From Takakia lepidozioides (taxonomy: Eukaryota > Plantae > Bryophyta), in NCBI GenBank assembly GCA_030704615.1, contig CM060732.1, positions 53,940,001 to 54,004,000 on the forward strand: 64,000 bases of DNA, given 5' to 3'. The notes under the pieces were generated by a model. It was not told the DNA's origin. It was given only the letters and a program-made list of their open reading frames with translations, and made no database searches. Shown here piece after piece: positions 1 to 12,609 of this stretch. Numbering within the stretch: position 1 is the stretch's first letter; the number at the start of each line of letters is the position of its first letter. Both the position numbers and the translations under genes were made by a program.

Positions 1-2156
1 CAAATGGCCAGGCTTGTAAACAACTTCGAACTCAAACTCGTGCAAGATTATTAACCATCTTGCTATCCTGCCACTTATCAAAGACTTGTTCACCAGATTA
101 ATCAGAGCCCGATGATCCACATAAAACATAAACTTCCTTCCCAATAGGTAATGCCTGAATTTCTTGACTGCATAAATCATTGCCAATGCTTCTCTTTCAG
201 TTGTGCTATAGTTCTTTTCAGCACTGTTCATCAACCTGCTAGCATAGTACACGGGTGAATCTATGTTTCCTGTAAAATTTGGGCTAACACTGCTCCCAAT
301 GCTTCTCCTAACAGTGAACATGAAATACTACATGCCAGTGAGGGTTAATCAGCACAGGTGTAGTTGTTACTGACAATGTAAGTTCCTCAAAAGCCTGTTG
401 ACATTCAGCTGTCCATGCAAACACTGCATCTTTCTTTAGAAGCTTGCTCAATGGTGCTGCTATCTGTGCATACCGTCTGACAAATCTTCTGTAATAACTG
501 GTTTGTCCAAGGAATCTCCTTAGACTCTTAACATTTCCTGGTGGCGGAGAGGCTTTAATGGCCTCTGTCTTTCTGGGATCCACAAGAAGTCCCCTCTTAC
601 ACACAATGTGTCCCAAAAGTACCCCTGAGTTCACACAGAAAGTACACTTCTCTGGATTCAGGCCAGACCTCTCATCCTGCATCTGGCCAAACATAACTCA
701 AATTTATGCAAGTGCTCATTCTTAGAGCTGTACACACTGAAATCATCCAAGAACACCTGCATAAAATCATCCAGATACTCATGGAAAGATTCACTTATCA
801 CTCTCTGAAAAGTTGCTGGTGCATTACAAAGTCCAAAAGGCATGACTTTGTATGCATAAGCACCCCAGTCTGTGATGAAAGCTGTCTTTTCCTGGTCTTC
901 TTCTGCCACTTGCACTTGGTTATACCCACTGAAGCCATCCATGATTGAGTACATCTCATGGCCTGCCACAGTGTCCAGTACCGCTTCTGTGAATGGCAAA
1001 GGGAAAGGATCTTTCTTTGTACAAGCATTCAACTTCTTATAGTTCACACAAACTCTCAGTTTACCATTCTTCTTGGGAACTATCACAATGGGTGACAACC
1101 AAGTTGTATACTCTATCGGGTATATAAACTTAGCCTCAGCCAACTTCTTGATCTCTTCCCCAACCTTCTGTGCATAGTTGGGATTCATTCGGTACCTTGC
1201 TTGTTTGATTGGTACTGACCCTGGTTCCAGTTCAATCTTATGCTGACAGATCTCAGGTGGTATCCCTTTCAAATCCTCATAGCTCCAAGCAAATACATCT
1301 TTGTATTTGATGAACAGAATTCTGGCTCCAAGTCAGCCCCTACTTTCATCATTCTCGGTTCCTCCTCAGTTCCCACATTCACTTCTCTCACCTGCTCATC
1401 AGCTGTGATTGTCCAACCAGTCACTACTTCATCCTGCAAACTCACAGTGACTGGTTCTTCTAGGATTCCATTTCTCCCTCTCTTTCTTCATAGAAATGTG
1501 GTGGATAACTGCTTGTTTCACCCTCAATTGGTGTTGCTGTCACCACACCATAGCAAAATACCATTTAAACAACTTAGGCCCTCCAGTTGCATTTCTGCAA
1601 CCTGCTCCCATTCTGGGTGTGCAGCGAACAGGGTAGCTTCCTGCTCCTCATCAAGTCCCCTCCTCCAGTCATACTCTCTAACTCCCCGAGGTCTTCTCAT
1701 AGCAGGTAGTCTACTAGATTTCTTTGTGGTTTTTATCTTGTGCTTCCCATCATGCACAGTTAGTAACTGGGAATTCCAATCATGGAATACCCTGGCCTAT
1801 TTCAGCCATGGTTGACCCAACAATAAGGAGTAAGCTTCCATGACATCATCCATTTTCAACACAGTCACTGTGATCTTAAAGATCGTCTTTTGAATCTATA
1901 TCTTAACTCCTCTTATCCAACCTAATGGCTGAACACTTCTTTGATCTGCCATTGTTACTGTGAATGGGGTTGGTTTCATGTTACTTAGACCAAGCTTCTG
2001 CCTTAATTGGTCTGTTATGATATTCACTCTAGAGCCTCCATCTATCAGTACATCAGTCAGATCTATGCTTCCAATTCTCAATTGGATTACTGGCATAGAA
2101 TCATCAAAGTCCATGACTGTTTCTCGCCCTTCCGGCTTCACATTATAACTGGTCAC
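1..2156 (-). pseudogene. gypsy pol fragment (aspartic protease, reverse transcriptase, RNase H), disrupted
   Basis: VLIDGGSRVNII protease motif (1896-2156); RT motifs WLSPIVIVPKKNGKLRVCV, DGFSGYNQ, MPFGLCNAPATFQR, VFLDDF (658-1272); LRRFLG and FAWTAECQQAF connection domain (308-694); stops and frameshifts between ORFs. Confidence 0.92.
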
Positions 2157-4588
2157 CTAGCTATTCATGCATGTGTTCTCTGTCTCATGGGCAACCTGAT
2201 TGATTGGTTGATACAGCCTGTGCCTACAATGAGGTGCACAATCCAATAACTGTCCAATGATAATCTCCGCTTTGGACTGGCATATTACTTCAGCCAAAGT
2301 CCCTTCATTACTCTGCACTTCTGTAGCTTCTTCCTTTCCTTCATCCTCACTCTCTTCATCTTCTCTTCCAGAATCAGAGGAATCTGCCATAGGGATATCA
2401 GTACTCTTCTGTATTTCTCTTATGGTATCTGCCACTTCCCTGTGCAGTTCCTTCTCATCTCTCCAAGCCTCATCATCTTCAGGCACATCACTGCCATCTT
2501 CATTATTATCATCTTCCTCATCTACTGGAGGTATTAATTTAGCTTTGCTTCTGGTTACTATCATTGTACTTACTTCTGGTACAACACATGGCCTAACCAT
2601 GTGAGCTGCCACCACTGGGCCCTCATTCACAGGAGCTCTCATCTCATTCTGGTGTCTAATCCAGAATGAACAGGCTGCCTTACGATGTCCTGCCTGATTA
2701 CAATAGTAACACAGTTCTTCACCATTGGGTCCTTGCCCTTGGTCTGCTCTGGGATTATTTCTATAATCCTGATTCCCTGGCTGGTAATTCCCCCTTGGAT
2801 TACCCTGATAGTTGCCTCTGGGATTTCCTTGGTAATTCCCTCTTGGATTACCTCTCTCTTCCATACCATTGTTATAACCACCAGGCCTACCATAGTGGTC
2901 ATGATCACTATTTCTTCTTGGCTGGGGCTGCACTTGATGCACCCTTACTTGCTTAGGTTCTCTTGCAGCTGTCATTCTGTTGTAATAACAATTCTCAGTA
3001 GAATGGTTATCCATTTTACAGATAGTACAGTGTTACTCCTTCATGTGGCATTCAGTGGTGGTATGGCCTTCATTCTCGCATTTTGCACACCAAACACCCT
3101 TCCTCCAATGTGTTGCAGCCTCTGTGGCATACTTCTTCAAGATTTCTTCTAATCTTTTCTCATAGTTATCCCTCTTCAACTTTTCCTTTCTTCTACTCTT
3201 CTCTTGAGCTCTTGCTCTTCTTCCTCATCTGACTCATCCTCAGAGTCCTCATCATCCCTTTTCTCTCTCCTGAGCATTCCCAATTGCTCAATTCTGTTAG
3301 CTGTTTCAAATGCTTCCTCCACCGTATTATGGGGTAGCATATCCACTTTCTTTTGCAACTTTGGTCTTAGTCCACTCACAAACCAAGTCTTCTGTAATCT
3401 TGGTGCTGGTACAGCAGCCAACTTTTTCATCATCAATTCCATCTTTTCCATGTACTCTTCAACAATTTCATGTTTCTTTTGCTTTAACTGTTGTAAACTT
3501 CCATACACTTCATCCTCAGTTTTACTTGTAATGAACCTATTTCGGAATCCTGTACTTAAGCCATTCCAGGTTAGGAAATGATTATCAGGGAATCTTGCAT
3601 ACCATTCACTTGCTTTCTTTATAAGTGAACAAGGAAACAGTCTCATTTTGGCATCATCGTCATTCTCATTGTTCACAATACACATGTGCTCAAATTGGCT
3701 GATGTGTACATCAGGATCCCCTTTTCCTGCATATATTGGAAAAGGTGGTTTTGCCCGTGTTGGTTGTAACGCCATCTGTGGCCCTACCCCCTGCCCACTG
3801 ACAGGTGCTGGTCCTTGAGGACCTGTTGTAGTTGTGGAGGAACTTCCACCAAGTGCTGACCCCTGAGCACTCCCTGCTACTGGCCGCACTATATTCACAA
3901 TATTCCCAGCTCCAGTTGCACTACTTCCCACACTCTCTGTCCCCCCAGAGCCAGATCCAGGCTGCCCGCCTGATCCCCCTGAGCCGACACCTTCGTTGGC
4001 ATATGATCCAAGTGCTCCACTTGATCCAGGTCCAACAGGTTAGGATGTCCTGGTTGTAGTCTCAATCTCAACTGCTGGGTCTACTTCTTCATACTCTTCA
4101 TCTTCCAATTTCTTCTCTCTGTTTTCATCTTCCAAGTTCTGCCCTTGGGTTTCTTCTTCTTCACTCATGTAACTCAACTGAAGTGGTGTGGGAGAGTCTG
4201 AACTCTCCGTTGGCTCTGCCACATCCTCCTCTCCTTCCTGGCCTTGTGCCTCAGAAACTGGAGTTCCTGCTTTTGGTGCTCCATGCCAACTCCGATCAAA
4301 GATTTTCGTCAAATCTTTAATCCAGGGATGTACCTCAGATCTTTCACCTCGTGTTTGATCTTCTTCTTGTACCAATTCCCTTAATCTTTCTTGTAAAGAA
4401 TAAGGAGAGTAGCATCCAACTCTAGTTCTTCCGGTATGGGTGTTGTACTCTTTGATTAACGGTGTGAGAGGTCCAGATGATTCCCCTATGTCTATTCCTC
4501 TCTCCCAAAGATATGGATAATTAGCTTTCAGATAACTTTCTCTTTTTGCTGAATATCTCTAGAGTCTAGCTTCTCTTTCATCACTCAT
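2157..4588 (-). pseudogene. gypsy gag with long acidic/Gly-rich N-terminal extension and CCHC zinc knuckle
   Basis: Retrotransposon gag core (DPDVHISQFE..LFPCSL..ASEWY, 3176-3931) and CYYCNQAGHRKAAC knuckle (2157-3014). ORFs 4040-4375 and 3176-3931 are in the same frame as ATG 4588, separated by single stops. Confidence 0.85.
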
Positions 4589-4600
4589 GTCTCATGTCTT

Positions 4601-5302
4601 TCATATCTTTAATGAGGCAATAACCAAAACTCTCTTCTGTAGTATCTCTCGTATATGCCTGGATTTCTTTCAAGCTTCAATGCACCTTTGGCTATACTAG
4701 AAGTCTTCGTTACCATAAAACCATATGGCAATTAAGTCTGAAAAGCTGTTCTTGGTGTGAGTTTGATCCACAGAATATCCTTAGGAATCCAATTCTTTAC
4801 CATTACAAGCTCTTCATGCATATGAGTGTAAACATTCACTTTCCTTTCCTCCCAGCCTTCAAACTCTACTCGCTTAATGGATAGCAATGCTATCACATAA
4901 ACCAGTGTTGGTAACCAACGCTCTTCCTCTACAGGCCACTTGATAAATCTTTATCACTCCTTTTTCCAGACCCCACTCAGGGTCAGCATCATGCACTCTC
5001 TTAAGAATGTTTTCTTTACAACCGTCGGGCAATTCCAAGAACCTCTGAAAGAATTGTTTGGACAATCTTTCATTCTCAGTTCCACAGGGAATTTGATTCA
5101 CATTAAATTCTTTAATTCTCCAACCACCATGATCCCACCAGATGCATGTCACATTTGGTTGTTCATGACCCAGTTCCCTAGTATGGTCGTCAAATGTCGA
5201 GCGGCTTTTACTCACCCATCCTTTCGCTATCCGAGGTGGAAACTCCAAGATAGAAGAGTTGGATATCTCTAAGCACTCAGCTCGCTCAGAACAATCAGTC
5301 AT
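4601..5302 (-). pseudogene. extra ORF upstream of gag, unknown function
   Basis: 142-aa ORF 4874-5302 continues after a frameshift as KRVEFEGWEERKVNVYTHMHEEL... to ~4601, with stops explicable by C>T changes. Confidence 0.5.
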
Positions 5303-5814
5303 GACCTACAGCTAGTGAATCATGGTTGTGCTTCATATTTGTATTTCTTCTTGCCTTCATGCTAGCCAATTACCTTACTGTGCATACTGAAGCATCTTAT
5401 CTATCAAGTTCCAATCAATCATTCATTTATTCCATAGCTTCACTCATGTCTCTCTACACAGTGTATTTGTATCGAATTAGTATCAGATTATGATTTATCA
5501 GCTATCAAGCCAATGCCATGATGTCCCTAATCTACCATATTGTATGATTCTATAGCTTGCATGAATTAAACCTCAATCAAGTCATCATCTCCTCTTCACT
5601 ATTTCCGCTCTCCGTTTCGTCTCCTCTTCCCCTGACCAAGTCGCGCTCTCCCAGAAGTGCTCCCCTTCCTGTTGCCGCCCTGCCTAATCTACCCGCAAGC
5701 TGTTCTAACCATCTAACTAACTAACTGTCATGCCTGAAGTAACACGTTCCCTCGGCAGATGTCATTCCCACACAGTCGTTCCCTGTCAATGATAACCGTT
5801 CCCTATGTACACTG

Positions 5815-5932
5815 TGACGGGCTGTGCCAAGCTGTGTCGAGCTGTACCGAGCTGGCTGTGTCGTGACGGCTGTGTCGGGCTGTGGCTGGCTGTGTGAGGC
5901 TGTGTCGGGCTGGGTCAGACTGTGTCGGCCTG
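5815..5932. repeat. short tandem GGCTGTGTC-like repeats in the gypsy 5' region
   Basis: About 10 imperfect copies of ggctgtg(t/c). Confidence 0.7.
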
Positions 5933-6071
5933 TTTACCCCCCCCTAAAGCCTCCGCCTGTCACCCCTAAGGCTTCTGTTGGTCTCAGTCTACCATCCGTA
6001 AGTCTGCGCAAAAATTAAGGGTACCCCCACAAACCCGTAAAAGCGTCTAAGTCCCAAACAGCCCTCTAACA

Positions 6072-8051
6072 AGGCAGAGCACACTTAAGCAAGAATACGC
6101 TTCGCAATTGGAGCCAATGTTCTTGCTCCAGCTCCAATCAGATCCCACCTTCATGTGGCAAGATATGAGCTCTTTGGATCCGGCATGTCCTCAAAAGGGT
6201 CGCGGCGATCTGAGAAGCATTGGTACTCGGATATAGCTCTCTCTGCATGGTTCGGCGGAGCCAGTCGCATGAGCACTCGCACGAGGCTGGCCTTGGCATC
6301 AGCGTCGTCTCGGAGCATGGTATTGTCGAGCAAGAATGGATTGAGCAGAGCCCCCGCATAATGCAAGTCCGTTCGAACCATCGAACGACGGTCGTAAAAT
6401 GCATCATCAGCACTGTCCGCAAGTTCAGGTTCCATGGAGAAGGGAGGATGCCTCAAGGATTGGACGTGCTTTTCAAGATTTTGCATAAGTTATCATGTTT
6501 TGCCCATTACTTACTGGTTTGCTTTCCATCAAACTCCCGCACAAGACGATTAACACCGGCTCTACCATATAAACAAAGTTTTCACATTTCTTCCAGTAAT
6601 CATCTTGCGAATGTTATTTTGAACTTTTCGACTTTTGCCCAATGACTTGGTTTTTCTAGAGTCCCGCAATGTCCATGTATACGCATCCCATTGAGGATTG
6701 ATGATGGTGTGCTCCAGACTGCTCTTCACCGTCACCAACCAATCCACGATCAAGAAGTCAGTGGCAAAACGAGTTTCGCCTGGATTGCGAACGCTGTATT
6801 TGGGTTCGTGCCTCCTATATATTGTCAAAGGGATGTGGTGTGTGCGGATGAACGACACAACAGTCTTCGCTCGCTTGACAAGTGTTTCATTCCACCCACT
6901 GTTCTTTTTCCCAATCTTCCAAAAGGATGTCAAGGATATGAGAAACACAACCTTGATAGTACATATGAGGATAACGTGCCAACAACATGTTTGCAGTGTT
7001 TCTCATGTTAGCGACATTGTCTATGCATATTTGCACGATTCTATCACTTCCGACCTATTCGATGAAGTCAATCAATAGTTGGCATTGATAACGTCCATTT
7101 TTCTTCTCGCCGCTAGTGTCGACCAATCCCAAGAATTGTTCCCCAGCTGGACATACGAGCATGACATTGAACAACGGTCTGTCTGTAACAGAACTCCAAC
7201 CATCGGCACATATAGTGCTTCTATATTTTCTGATGCACTCGCTCGTCCTATCGTTGACCTTTTGGGTAAGCTCAGTCATGTCGTCTTCTAGCAATCCTAT
7301 GCGGAGATTGTGATAAGTCGGAGGCACGTACGTGATGCCATGACCGAGCTTAACCCATAAAGTCAACGATAGGACGGGCGAGTGCATCAGAAAATATGGA
7401 AGCACTATATATGCCGATGGTTGGAGTTATGTTACAAACAGACCGTTGTTCAATGTCATGCTCGTATGTCCAGCTGGGGAACAATTCTTGGGATCGGTCG
7501 ACACTAGCGGCGAGAAGAAAAATAGACGTTATCAATGCCGGAAGCCTTGCCACATTAAATAGTATGTTGGCCTCGAAGAAAAACTCCGTCCATTTTTTAT
7601 CCAACTGTCTTTTTGCAGACAAGTTAATACCTTCCTACATGGATTGTTGCCGTAATCATCTACTCCGTTGAAGTATAAGGTTACAAAGAGGTGTTGAAGC
7701 AGGTTTTGCTCCGGCACAACCCACTTGTCCAAGGACACCCGAAGCCTCACAAAAGTCGCCCTAGGTACTAATCGGGGCATCTCGACGGGAAGATGGAGTG
7801 TTCTGCTCAGAGGTCATGTACATTGGAATATTGCCTTCACACTGGGCAAAGTGGCTTTTTACCCGCATAGATGCTTTAGGGCATAAACCCATCCCAGCGC
7901 TCTTCACACCTTTATAGCCGAGGTGGGCAAACAACCGATCCTTATGATAAGAAAGCTTTAATCCGCATAGGTTACACTCAACACTACCAGTGGCACTGAC
8001 AGTGTTTGGGATTGTCGTATACCAAGGGTTCCATTCCTCCCTCATCTTCAC
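6072..8051 (-). pseudogene. hAT transposase copy A (BED finger, DUF659/RNase H-like core), truncated in the dimerization domain
   Basis: CNLC..H..C BED-like finger, FFFEANILFN, TICADGWS, NPGETRFATDF, LHYAGALLNP; ends at RILAQVCSAL where the gypsy sequence begins. Confidence 0.9.
7081..7539. repeat. inverted duplication (hairpin) inside hAT copy A, arms ~7081-7286 and ~7334-7539
   Basis: 7346-7539 is the near reverse complement of 7081-7273; the peptide ALITSIFLLAASVD.SQELFPSWTYEHDIEQRSVCN appears on both strands. Confidence 0.9.
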
Positions 8052-8499
8052 CCAATATCCACTCCCCTGGGCCCTAGCGATGTAAGCAACAAAAAACAGT
8101 CACCTATAAATGAACGTGTTGTGAATGTAGAGTGCAATGCGATAGCCCAACACTTCTACACCTGTCAGCAACCCAAGTGGATCGATGTGGGTTGTAGTGT
8201 TGAGCTTATACACAATCTGCTGAAGTGACTTTGGTGGAAGCCACAATTCAATGGAAGAGAACATCCAAAGCAGGGTTGCACACGTCAGTGACGTCATGTC
8301 ACGTCGGACCTGACGTTGACGCGACCAACGTCACATCAGTTTTGCCGGAAAATCAGTAAAATATGAGTTAGGTGAAAAATATGTCACGTAGGTCGACACG
8401 TTGTATTCCAAATGACACCTTGGCAAGTGAATGAATTGTTTTATAAATTACTCCATCCGCCAATAGTTGAGGTCATTTTTAAATCATTATTGTTAAATT

Positions 8500-9292
8500 G
8501 GTGCGACCTCCAAATGGTGGTGGTCGCAGAATTTATCTTATTTTTTAATAATTGCGACCACCAGCAAAGGGGTTGTCGCAGCATTTTTTGTTTTTTAAAA
8601 ATAGATGCGACCACCAGCAGGGGTGGTCTCATTTTTTTATTTTCTTAAACAGTTGCAACCACCGCTACTGGTGGTCGCACAATTTTTATTTTATTTGTAA
8701 TAGGTGCGACCACCATCAGGGGGGTGGTCGCAACATTTTTCTATTTTTTAATATCTGCGACCACCAGCATGGGGGCGGTCGCAGCATTTTTCTGTTTTTT
8801 TAATAGGTGCGACCACCAGAAGGGGGGGTGGTCGCAGATTTTATTTTTTTTTATTTTTTCGTTTTAAGAAAATATTCTCTGTGACCACGAGTATGGGGGT
8901 GGTCGTAGCATTTTATTTATTTTTTAATAGGTGCGACCACCAACATGGGGATGGTCGCAGAAATTTTTTTATAGTTTAATAGGTGCGACCACCAGCAGGG
9001 GGGTGGTCGCAGAATTTTTCTATTTTTTTAATAGGTGCGACCACCAGCAGGGGGGTGATCGCAGAAATTTTCTATTTTTTTAATAGGTGCGACCACCAGC
9101 AGGGGGGTGATCGCAGTTTATTATTATTATTATTATTATTAAATAAATAATAATCTCTGTGACCACGAGCATGGGGATGGTCGCAGCATTTTTTTTTTTT
9201 TTAATAGGTGCGACCACCAGCATGAAGGCGGTCGCAGCAGTTTTTAAAAAAAAATAACATGCGACTTCTTCGTGCGACCTGGAGCGGTCGCA
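8500..9292. repeat. array of ~15 palindromic TGCGACCACC-N-GGTGGTCGCA units (5' subterminal repeats of hAT copy B)
   Basis: ~27-bp palindromes spaced ~50 bp apart by A/T-rich linkers; the same motif recurs 3' of the transposase. Confidence 0.88.
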
Positions 9293-9658
9293 ACATTGGA
9301 TCTGATTCGTCGAGCGTGTGAGGCTTGGAGGTTGGAGGGTATATAAGGTGGTCCCAATGCCCCTCACTTCTTTTGTAGCAAACACTTTTGTGGCGAGTGA
9401 ATGTTCTCTATTTCTTGAGCAAGAGTGTAAGCCCAAGAGGAGGGTGCGGACTTTTTGCTGTTGTGGCTTCCACTAGAGCCACTGCAGCAAATTGTCGAAA
9501 AGCACAATACTACATGGTGCATTGATCCACTTGGATTGATGCCGTAGGGTTGGGCCATTGCATTATGTTCTAACTTCTATTGCTCTTGACAAATCTACCA
9601 AGTACACTAGTGTTCTTTGTTCAACCTTAAGTCTGTGGTTAGGGTTTTGGGTGTGAGG

Positions 9659-11882
9659 ATGAGGGAGGAGTGGATCCCTTGGTTCACCATAGACCCGCAC
9701 GAAAAGAACGGTGTTCAATGCAATCTTTGTGCATTGAAGCTGGTGGGTCGCAAAGATCGCATGTTATATCATCTCGGCTACAGAGATGGGAAGAATGCAG
9801 GGGTTAGTTTGTGCCCAAAAGCCTCCATGCGAATGAAAGCCCACTTTGCCCAATGTGAAGGCAATATCCCACCATCTCTTGATGTGGCCACGACTTCTGA
9901 GCCAAACACTCTAGGTTCGAATCAAACTGTCCCTCAGAGTTGTACCCAAGGGGATTCTTGCGAGGCGTCTACTGTTCGTGGAGAAGCCGGTGGGTCAGGA
10001 GCAACACCCGATTGTACACCAGCACTTGTACGGACCAGACCATTGAGACAACAATCAATGCAAGAAGGCTTAAATTTGTCGCACAAGAGGACTCTGGATA
10101 AGAAGTGGGCCCAATTTTTCTACGAGGCCAATATTCCGTTCAATGTCTCGAGGCTTCCTGCGTTTGTGGCTGCTTTCAAAGCCACGTCCGATTCCAAGTC
10201 CACATACACACCTCCGAGTTATCACAATCTCTGCACATGATTGCTAGAATAGGCTATGTCTGACCTCACCCAAAAGGTGAATGAAAAGACAGGTGATTCT
10301 CTCCGGAAATATGGAAGCACTATATGTGCGGACGGTTGGAGTTCTGTTACTAATCGACCACTATTCAATGTCATGCTGGTCTGTCCTGCGGGGAGCAATT
10401 TTTGGGATCCGTTGATACAAGCGGGGAGAGAAAATATGCACGTTATCAAGCAGGGTTGTTGACGAGTTACATCGATAAAATTGTCCAAGTGTGCACGGAC
10501 AATGCATCTAACATGGTTAATATGGCCGATATTTTGATTGAACGATATCCCCATCTATATTACCAAGGGTGTGCTGCTCATATCTTTGATCTCCTTTTGG
10601 AGAATTGGGGAAAAGAATCATGAATGAAACAACTAGTAAAAATGGCAAAGTCGGTTGTGACATTCATTCGTACACATCACATCCCTCTGCCATTGTTTAG
10701 AAAGCATGAACCCAAATACAGCATTAGGAACCCGGGTGAAACCCGCTTTGCCACAAACTTTTTGATGGTGGATCGACTGATGACTGTGAGGGCGGGTCTG
10801 GAGCAAGTGATCATTGACCCTCAATGGGATGCGTATGTGGGCATCTTACGCGACTCTCGTAAGTCCAAGTCTTTGAGCAAAAGTCGGAGGGTCCGCGCAA
10901 TCATTTGCTCCGACGATTTCTGGGCGAAATGTGCAAATTTTGTGTACATGGTGGAGCCGGTGTTGATTGCTTTGCGGGAGTTTGATGGAAAACAACCAAT
11001 AATGGGTAAAGCTTGGTTGATATTGAAAAACCTTGAGAAGCACGTGCAATCTTTGAGGCGTCCTCCATTTTCTATGGACGATGATTTGGCGGCAAAGACC
11101 GAGGATGCATTTTACGACCGCAAATAGATGGTTCGCACGGACTTGCATTATGCGGGGGCCTTACTGAATCCATTCTTGCTGGACAATACGGATTTGAGAG
11201 ACGATGTGGATGCCAAAGCCGGGCTTGTACGGGTCATCATGCAACTTGCGCCCTTGAACATGGCAGAGCGAGCGTTGTCGGAGTACTAGTGCTTCTCAGA
11301 TCGGCAGAATCCTTTCCATGACATGCCCCAAAATCAATGAACATGTTGCCACATGAATGGTGGGATCTGATTGGAGCTTGAGCAAGAACGTTAGCTCCCA
11401 TTGCAAAGCGTATTCTTGCTCAAGTGTGTTCTGCCTTGTCCTGTGAGCGGAACTGGAGCAGTTATTTGTTTGTTCACAACAAGATTCGCAACAGGTTGAA
11501 TCCTGCCAGGGCTGACAAATTGGTTTATGTCTACACGAATTGTAGGCTACTGCGAGAGAGGAGAGCAAGTGACGCATCTGCATGGTACGAAAAGAATCTG
11601 TTGTCTGAAGAATTTGCCTCAGAGGTCCAATCTAGCAGCAATGATGACACTGACGCCGCGAGGGACTCCGACTCCGACGGTTGGGATGGGTCCGATGATG
11701 TGGGCAATCCTCCACATGACCCATATGAATTTAATGACGATGATGCTGCAATGCATCCATTCTTCGATGACCTTGTTGTTGATGAACTGCGACATGGTGT
11801 CATCCCAATTGTGGAGTCGAACCATCGGATGACGACGACTGGCCATTGTCGTTTCATCTGGCCCGACGACGTCCGCATGTGA
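9659..11882 (+). pseudogene. hAT transposase copy B, nearly full length, with premature stops and frameshifts
   Basis: MREEW..CNLC BED finger, FFYEANIPFN, TICADGWS, QVCTDNASNM, GCAAHIFDLLLE, NPGETRFATNF, CSALSCERNWS, KIRNRL, KLVYVYTN (hAT C-terminal dimerization domain). Confidence 0.93.
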
Positions 11883-12609
11883 ACCGTGCTCCCTCGACCC
11901 TCGCTGGTCCATCTCATGCCCTTGCCTCTCATGTCGGCCCCTCTGATGTACGTGCGAATAGCCTTCCTCATACGAGACCTGCTCCAACGCCACCACAAAA
12001 TCCGGGACAAGCCCAGAAACGGCATAGAATTGTGCAACCTTTTGTTGGTGACTGACCTGTGAACAGGCCTGATACCCTAGATGGTATTCATGATAGGAGT
12101 GGAAATCGACCAGAGAGACAACTGAACGTACTCCGAGGACGACTACAGGTCCAACGGCCAGTTGCCTCTGGAAACGAAAGAACAGATGGAGATCATGATT
12201 CTAGCACTGATCATGGGAACGGGGATGAAGTGAGTGGGGACGAAGATTTTGTACTAGACGTGAGATCATACCATCGTCGTCGTGCCAGACGGAATTATGT
12301 ACATCTATAACTTATGTGACCTGTCACATGATGTGTAGTATGTTTCCATGGATATCCATGTTTCAGTTTGGGTACATGCATACGTGTACGGAAATAAAAA
12401 TGGTGGAATATGTGTACCCAATAAAGGGTTGGTGGTTGTGCGTGTGTTTGTGTTTCATCATTACCTTTACATTGTTGATTTCCTATTATGGTTTCGAAAG
12501 CCACAAAAGCCAGGTGCAGCTCCCAACATTCATCTTCCCCTTCACAAATCCATGGGGAGTCGATACATGTGCTTTTCATCTGCATCTCCAAACATACATA
12601 CAGGTGCAA

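Larger units (their letters stand above)
1..6071 (-). mobile_element. Ty3/gypsy LTR retrotransposon, non-chromovirus type (5' part; runs off the left edge of the window)
   Basis: Minus-strand order gag - CCHC knuckle - protease - RT - RNase H. Right boundary is placed where hAT coding similarity stops and a TGTTAG start appears on the minus strand (6071); that boundary is tentative. Confidence 0.85.

Noticed and set aside
4895-4915. LTR end and PBS of the first gypsy element
   Set aside because: CAACA-TGG lies inside the extra ORF and matches no tRNA 3' end that I recognise; the second LTR is outside the window.
8500-9292. CRISPR-like array of palindromic repeats with spacers
   Set aside because: Spacers are low-complexity and similar to each other, there are no cas genes, the context is eukaryotic, and the motif flanks a hAT transposase on both sides.
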